From NCBI GenBank assembly GCA_000092065.1, contig CP000585.1: 64,000 bases of DNA. One strand, given 5' to 3'. Both the position numbers and the translations under genes were made by a program. Below are positions 59,176-64,000 of the stretch, one piece after another. Under the pieces are notes generated by a model, which ran no database searches, was not told where the DNA came from, and was given only the letters and a program-made list of their open reading frames with translations. The DNA comes from Ostreococcus lucimarinus (taxonomy: Eukaryota). Positions within the stretch are counted from its first letter, which is position 1; every line of letters begins with the position of its first letter.

Positions 59176-60461
59176 TGAGCGCGAAGCACGCGGTGATTAC
59201 GTGCGAGGTGAAGGACGCGAAGGTGTCGCCGCCCGAGTTTGAGATTAAAATCATCGACTTGTCGCGAAATGGGGTGATGCTGAACGGCGAACGGATCAAT
59301 AAGGATGAGTATTACGAGCTCAAGGATGGGGACGCGGTGACGATGCCGTTTCATTTGGAGTATAGGTTTGAGCTGAATCCGGACGGAACGTTGCCGAGGG
59401 CGACGCGCGTGCCCGTGGACGAGACGCCGACGCCGCTGCAAAAGAAGCGCGCGTCGCCGGCGACGGCGGCGGTGGAGAACGGCGGCGGTGCGAAGAAACC
59501 GCGCGAGAGCTGCGATGATAACGAGGGACAAGGCCAGGCCATGCGCGAGTTGACGACGGAGAACGGAGAGTTGCGTCAACGCGTGGAGGCGCTCGAGAAG
59601 GAGCTCGAAGAGGCGCGACGCCGCGAAAAGGAGGCAGCGGCGCCGACCGAGGCGGCGGAGGGCGACAACGATGACGTACGCGCGGAAGCGCTTCGCGAAG
59701 CCGAGGAAAAAGTGAAACAAGCCGAAGCACGCGCGGAAAAGCTCAACGCTGAGCTCGAGGAGGCGCAGGCGGTGGTTGAAGGCGCGGCGAGCGCGACGAA
59801 GGAGATGGAAACCAAGCTCGCGGAGTTGCAATCGGCGCTCGACGCCGCCGAGACGAAGCGCGTGGAAGCCATCGCGAGTGTTCAAAAGGAATGCGCCGAG
59901 GAGATTGAAAATTTGAACGCCCGCGTCGCTCGAATCCAGTCGGTTCGCAAGGAGGAGCTTGAAGAAGCCGAAGCTCGCGTCAAGGCGTTCGCGTCATCGG
60001 CGCGAGAATCGCGCGATTTAGCAAAGCAACTCTTGGACAAACTCAACGAAAGCGTTCAATTGGTCGCGAGCGACGCGGACGCCGCTCACGGCGACGACGA
60101 CGAGATGACGCACGAGACGACGCCTCAAAGACGAGACGGCTCCGACGAAAAAGCCGCCGAGGACGCCGCCGAGGACGAACCCGCAAAGGACGACGACGAC
60201 GACATCAACGATAACGACGACGACGACGACATCAACGATAAAGACGACGATTCCCTCGAACAATTGGACGTCGACAACCACTTTTCCGACTCCATCTTAG
60301 CCGACGTCGAGTTCCCGCCGACGGAGAAGCCGACGCAAGTCGCCGCGCCTCTGCACGACATCGGCAACTCGCCGCGCACCGACCAACCGTCTCCGAGCAA
60401 GCGCGTCGGTCGCGATATCGACGACCGTTCGCCCCTTCCCGCGAGCGTCCTCGAGGACTGA
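59176..60461 (+). CDS. FHA-domain coiled-coil protein, exon 2 (FHA C-terminal half, coiled coil, acidic tail)
   Basis: After a TAG acceptor at 59173-59175: (V)SAKHAVITCEVKDAKV...EIKIIDLSRNGVMLNGERINKDEYYELKDGDAVTM. This carries the S-x-K-H-A and D-L-S-x-N-G FHA signatures. A ~200-aa Glu/Ala/Lys-rich coiled coil follows, then an acidic tail DDDDDINDNDDDDDINDKDDD. The 209-nt intron completes the FHA domain across the two ORF-track pieces. Confidence 0.6.
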
Positions 60462-60599
60462 TCCGACGCATCGCCGACGTTCGCGCCTCGGCGCGCCGCA
60501 CCATGAATACATAACGACCGTTTCGTAACGACCGCCGCACTCTTTGACATGCGCGTCGCGCCCGCGCGCGATTTCACGCCCGCGCGTTCGACGACGACG

Positions 60600-62045
60600 A
60601 TGCGCGCGTCGCTCTCGCGCGCGATCGCTCGCGCCGTCCTCCGCGCGCCGTCGCGCGCGTCGCCGTCCCGGCGGCGTCCCGGCGCGTCCCGAGCGTTCGC
60701 GCGCGACGCCGACGACGCCTCGCGCGTCGCCGTCCTCGGCGGCGGCGCCGCCGGACTCACCGCCGCGTACTTCGCCGCGCGCGCGGGCGCGCGGGTCACG
60801 GTGTACGAACGAACGAGCGAGTGCGGGAAGAAGATTTTGATGTCTGGCGGCGCGCGGTGCAACGTGCTGCCGACGAGCGCGACGGCGAACGATTTCACCA
60901 CGGAGAGCGCGAATCGACGATTGAAGGCGGTGCTCGCGTCGTGGTCCGTCGAAAGATGTCGAGAGTGGCTGGAGACGGAGATTGGATTAGGGCTGGGGAT
61001 TGAGATCGCGTCGAATAAATACTTTCCGCTGAGCAACTCGTCGAGGGAGGTGCGGGATAGATTGGTCGCCGCGTGCGAGAAGGCGGGAGTGGAATTCAAG
61101 TACGAGACGAGCGTCGATGGGGTGGTGCGAGGAAGCGATGGGATGGGATGGACGCTTCGAGTGCGAGGGTCGGGAGACGAACGCGCGCGCGCGATCGTGC
61201 TCGCGATGGGAGGGCTGAGTTTTCCCGCCGTCGGAACGGATGGCACCGGGTACGCCATCGCGAGGCGGGATTTAGGACACGCGTTACACGAGCCGTATCC
61301 CGCGTTGGTGCCGCTGACGGGACCGCATCCGGGCGGCGAACCCTTACCAGGGGTCTCCGTCGAAGTCGAGCTGAAGGTAGCGGCGGCGAACGCCGACGGT
61401 GGCGGTGGGAAGAAGAAGGCGCAAGCGATTCGCAAGGGGTTTCTCTTCACGCATCGCGGGTATTCTGGACCGAGCGTTTTGGATCTGAGCCATCACCTGG
61501 TACGGCCGCTGGTGCGAGCGAACGAATCCAAAGGTGGAAGCTTACGAGACGAAGATTTTGACGCTCCGACGTCGTCGTCGCCGAGAATGGTGATTAATTG
61601 GAGCGGCATCAAACGAGAAGAGTGGCAAGAGCGCCTCACAGCGCCGCCGGGCCGAGCGCTCGTCGTCAGCCGACTACGCGAAGCGCTTCCGAGTCGCCTC
61701 GCCGACGCCCTCGTCGCTGAATCCGGCGTTGATTCGCGATGTAAAATTGCCGAACTGAAAAAGGACGATCGCGCGAAGCTTCTGCGCGTGTTGACTGAAT
61801 ACGAAATCGCGGTGAAAGGTCATCAAGGGTATCGCAAGGCTGAAGTCACGGGTGGCGGCGTAGCTTTGGATGAACTCGACACGGCGTCGATGGCGAGCTT
61901 GAAGGCGCCGGGAATTTATATGTGCGGTGAAGTTTGTGACGTGTTCGGCAGAATCGGTGGATTTAATTTTCTATGGGCGTGGTGTAGCGGTAGACTGGCA
62001 GGAATGAGTGCGGCGAAGGCCATTTCGAGCGCGGACGACGAGTGA
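60600..62045 (+). CDS. HI0933-family FAD-dependent flavoprotein (NAD(FAD)-utilising dehydrogenase, BaiN/aminoacetone oxidase-like) with presequence
   Basis: Rossmann FAD motif VAVLGGGAAGLTAAYFAARAGARVTVYER...KKILMSGGARCNV. The C-terminal GGVALDELD...PGIYMCGEVCDVFGRIGGFNFLWAWCSGRLAG is typical of the HI0933 family. The N-terminus MRASLSRAIARAVLRAPSRASPSRRRPG is transit-peptide-like. Confidence 0.7.
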   Translation: MRASLSRAIARAVLRAPSRASPSRRRPGASRAFARDADDASRVAVLGGGAAGLTAAYFAARAGARVTVYERTSECGKKILMSGGARCNVLPTSATANDFTTESANRRLKAVLASWSVERCREWLETEIGLGLGIEIASNKYFPLSNSSREVRDRLVAACEKAGVEFKYETSVDGVVRGSDGMGWTLRVRGSGDERARAIVLAMGGLSFPAVGTDGTGYAIARRDLGHALHEPYPALVPLTGPHPGGEPLPGVSVEVELKVAAANADGGGGKKKAQAIRKGFLFTHRGYSGPSVLDLSHHLVRPLVRANESKGGSLRDEDFDAPTSSSPRMVINWSGIKREEWQERLTAPPGRALVVSRLREALPSRLADALVAESGVDSRCKIAELKKDDRAKLLRVLTEYEIAVKGHQGYRKAEVTGGGVALDELDTASMASLKAPGIYMCGEVCDVFGRIGGFNFLWAWCSGRLAGMSAAKAISSADDE

Positions 62046-62086
62046 TGTAATGTAACATACATATGTGTTTACAAGTGTACAGCTTT

Positions 62087-63946
62087 TCACAGCACGACAG
62101 TAAGCGGAGACGGATTCGGAATGAATCGTCGGAGCTTAGGCATGACTGTCGCATCGACGAACTGCGGTCCTTCGATGCTTGTTGGCATCGGGATCAACGT
62201 CGAGTGCGACTCGGCGACGCGCACGTTTGGCGCGTCGGCGTGCATACTTTCTCCCTCCACAAGCACGCGGCTCCATCGCACGTTTCCACGATCTATCGCG
62301 ATGTTGCACAGATTTCCGTTGATCTCACAATGAATCACGTCAACATTCGCGCCACCAGACACGCACACGCCGTCGTTCGCGTTTTTGGAAACATGGCACC
62401 CCTCGACGAGGACGTCAATCTCCTCGGAAGATTTTTCGTTTTCGAAGTCATCCGAGTCTAAATCCATGAGAAATGCGGAAAATTCTTCTTCAAGATCGAG
62501 CTCTTCGTCAGTACCTGCGTCAAATCTCGCAGTAAGGTAGTCGCGGTTCGTGTACCGCTGCGCGATATCGATCCCGTTGAATGCGTTGCCTCGGACTTCA
62601 GAGTGCCGAATCGTGCCCCGACCGCACATTGCGATACCGACACTGGAGTTGTTCGCGACTATCGTGTTAGAAATATTTGCCGTGGAAGATACACCCACGG
62701 AAATACCCGCGCCAACGTTGTTCGCGATGAGGTTGTCGTGGATATTGCCGTGCGCGCAATCAAACAAGACGACGCCATGCGCGAACCCGTTTACGATGCG
62801 ATTGTTGCAAATCTCCACCGGGCCCGACAAAGCCGTGACGGCGGCAAACAAACGATCGTACCCCAAAGACGAAGGTAAGCTTTCGATCTCATCGATGACT
62901 TCCTCTTCGTGCGCGTCTTCGACGCTAGACTTGGCGGCGGTGATTCTGCACGCCGTGAGCGAGCTGCCGCGTCGCGACGTGCTTAAAAACGACGACAGCA
63001 CTGAGTGAATGTTACACGCGTGCACGTGCACCGCGGAGTCTTGCGCCGTCGCCACCACGCCTTCACCAGCGCTCACGATATCGCAACTGTCAAGTCGCAA
63101 TCGCGAGCCGTCGGAAACGTACACGCACGCCTGGTGGCCGTATCCAGACGAGCTGCTGCGTTTCGCAGAGCCCCGTCGCAACAGCGTGACGTTGGTAACC
63201 ACGGACGCGACGGAACGGGAAGCGTTCATCGCCGTCGATGTCATCATCGCTGGAGTTTCGTCGCTCACGATGAGCACGTTCTCTCGTTTGTCGACACCCA
63301 CAATCTCGATCCCGCGAGGAATGGTTAACGATCCTTCGTACGTGCCTTTGCCCAAGCAAACGACGTCGCCCGGCAAGGTGGCGTTGAGAACGCGCTGCAG
63401 CGCGCTCGCCTGCATGACTCCTCCGTCGCATTCAACTCGAATCACGCGCTTACCCGCCACTCGTGCGATTCCTCGGGTTTGCAAACGCTCCTTATAAGCC
63501 CGTCGCCAGCCCTCCCCCCCGCGGAAAATATCTCGGCGCTTTTCGGCGTTGGCGCTCGTGCCAAACACCGACTCGAAAGGCAACCGCGCGCTCCGAGCCC
63601 ACGTCCCGCTCGCCCGCCACCGCCATCGAGCTTCACACAGCGACTTCCACAGCGAATCATCGAGCGTCGCCTCTCGCATCGTCCGAGACGTCAACCCGAG
63701 CGCCTCCACCGTCGCCGCGTCCGCGAACGAGCACGCGTGCGCCAAGCAATCCCGCGGCAAATTCTCGATCTCGCTCCCCCCTCCCGCGCGCACCTCTTCC
63801 CTCCCACTCACATCCCGCGCCGTCTCGCTCGCGCGTCCCTCCCACCGTCGTCGTCCGTCCCGTTCCCGTCGTCCTCGCGCCGCGCGTTCGAACGCGTCCC
63901 GCCCGCGCGCGTCCCCCGCCCCCCCCGACGTCTCCGGCGACCCCAC
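62087..63946 (-). CDS. F-box protein with parallel beta-helix (PbH1/CASH) repeats, FBXO11-like
   Basis: The N-terminal F-box is IENLPRDCLAHACSFADAATVEALGLTSRTMREATLDDSLWKSLCEARW. PbH1-like repeats follow: NRIVNGFAHGVVLFDCAHGNIHDNLIANNVGAGISVGVSSTANISNTIVANNSSVGIAMCGRGTIRHSEVRGNAFNGIDI. The ORF may continue 5' beyond the listed Met. Confidence 0.6.
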   Translation of the reverse strand: MGSPETSGGAGDARGRDAFERAARGRRERDGRRRWEGRASETARDVSGREEVRAGGGSEIENLPRDCLAHACSFADAATVEALGLTSRTMREATLDDSLWKSLCEARWRWRASGTWARSARLPFESVFGTSANAEKRRDIFRGGEGWRRAYKERLQTRGIARVAGKRVIRVECDGGVMQASALQRVLNATLPGDVVCLGKGTYEGSLTIPRGIEIVGVDKRENVLIVSDETPAMMTSTAMNASRSVASVVTNVTLLRRGSAKRSSSSGYGHQACVYVSDGSRLRLDSCDIVSAGEGVVATAQDSAVHVHACNIHSVLSSFLSTSRRGSSLTACRITAAKSSVEDAHEEEVIDEIESLPSSLGYDRLFAAVTALSGPVEICNNRIVNGFAHGVVLFDCAHGNIHDNLIANNVGAGISVGVSSTANISNTIVANNSSVGIAMCGRGTIRHSEVRGNAFNGIDIAQRYTNRDYLTARFDAGTDEELDLEEEFSAFLMDLDSDDFENEKSSEEIDVLVEGCHVSKNANDGVCVSGGANVDVIHCEINGNLCNIAIDRGNVRWSRVLVEGESMHADAPNVRVAESHSTLIPMPTSIEGPQFVDATVMPKLRRFIPNPSPLTVVL

Positions 63947-64000
63947 CGGCGTGTCGAACCGCTCCCGTCGCCTCCGTCGCGCGTTCCCGCGTCCGCTCGC

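Overview
This 64-kb window is nuclear DNA from a very GC-rich, extremely gene-dense unicellular eukaryote; the best fit is a mamiellophycean green alga such as Micromonas or Ostreococcus. That attribution is inferred from the gene content: a chlorophyll a/b-binding LHC protein, plastid-targeted RimM, ribosomal protein L34, uroporphyrinogen-III methyltransferase and a CPP1-like protein, plant-type telo-box motifs, a canonical eukaryotic histone H3, and intergenic spacers of only 20-300 bp. I can support about 38 protein-coding genes on both strands. Most are intronless; six carry short (about 100-290 nt) GT-AG introns near their 5' ends. I found no rRNA, tRNA, CRISPR array or recognisable transposon. 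Recognised genes, in order: an IPT/TIG-repeat surface protein, a TPR+DnaJ co-chaperone, BCCIP, a WBP4-like splicing factor, UVSSA, HACD/PAS2, a Cu-transporting P-type ATPase, RimM, DHX37, histone H3, a SET-domain protein, Haspin kinase, Misato/DML1, plastid L34, the LHC protein, TFIIF-alpha, a cytochrome b5-like MAPR, a DDX3-like DEAD-box helicase, UPM1, ribosomal S16, an MFS transporter, a homeobox protein, a purple acid phosphatase, a JmjC protein, a Vps8/41-like WD40/RING protein, V-ATPase subunit H, a PPR+CBS protein, an FHA coiled-coil protein, a HI0933-family flavoprotein and an FBXO11-like F-box protein. The two most unusual loci are a predicted organelle-targeted protein with four helicase-associated (HA) repeats fused to a Vsr/DUF559-like endonuclease domain (10787-12505), and a 6-TM voltage-sensor/ion-channel-like domain fused to a class III adenylyl/guanylyl cyclase (46503-49223). 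Other points worth a second look: the histone H3 / SET / Haspin neighbourhood, micro-exons in RPS16, a (CGAAC)13 microsatellite in a bidirectional promoter, the lone 1.1-kb AT-rich ORF-free island, telo-box and E2F-like promoter motifs, and near-overlapping gene ends. Many long ORFs opposite the real genes are frame artefacts of the GC3 bias and are rejected. All coordinates and homologies come from reading the translations by eye, with no database search, so boundaries and start codons are approximate.
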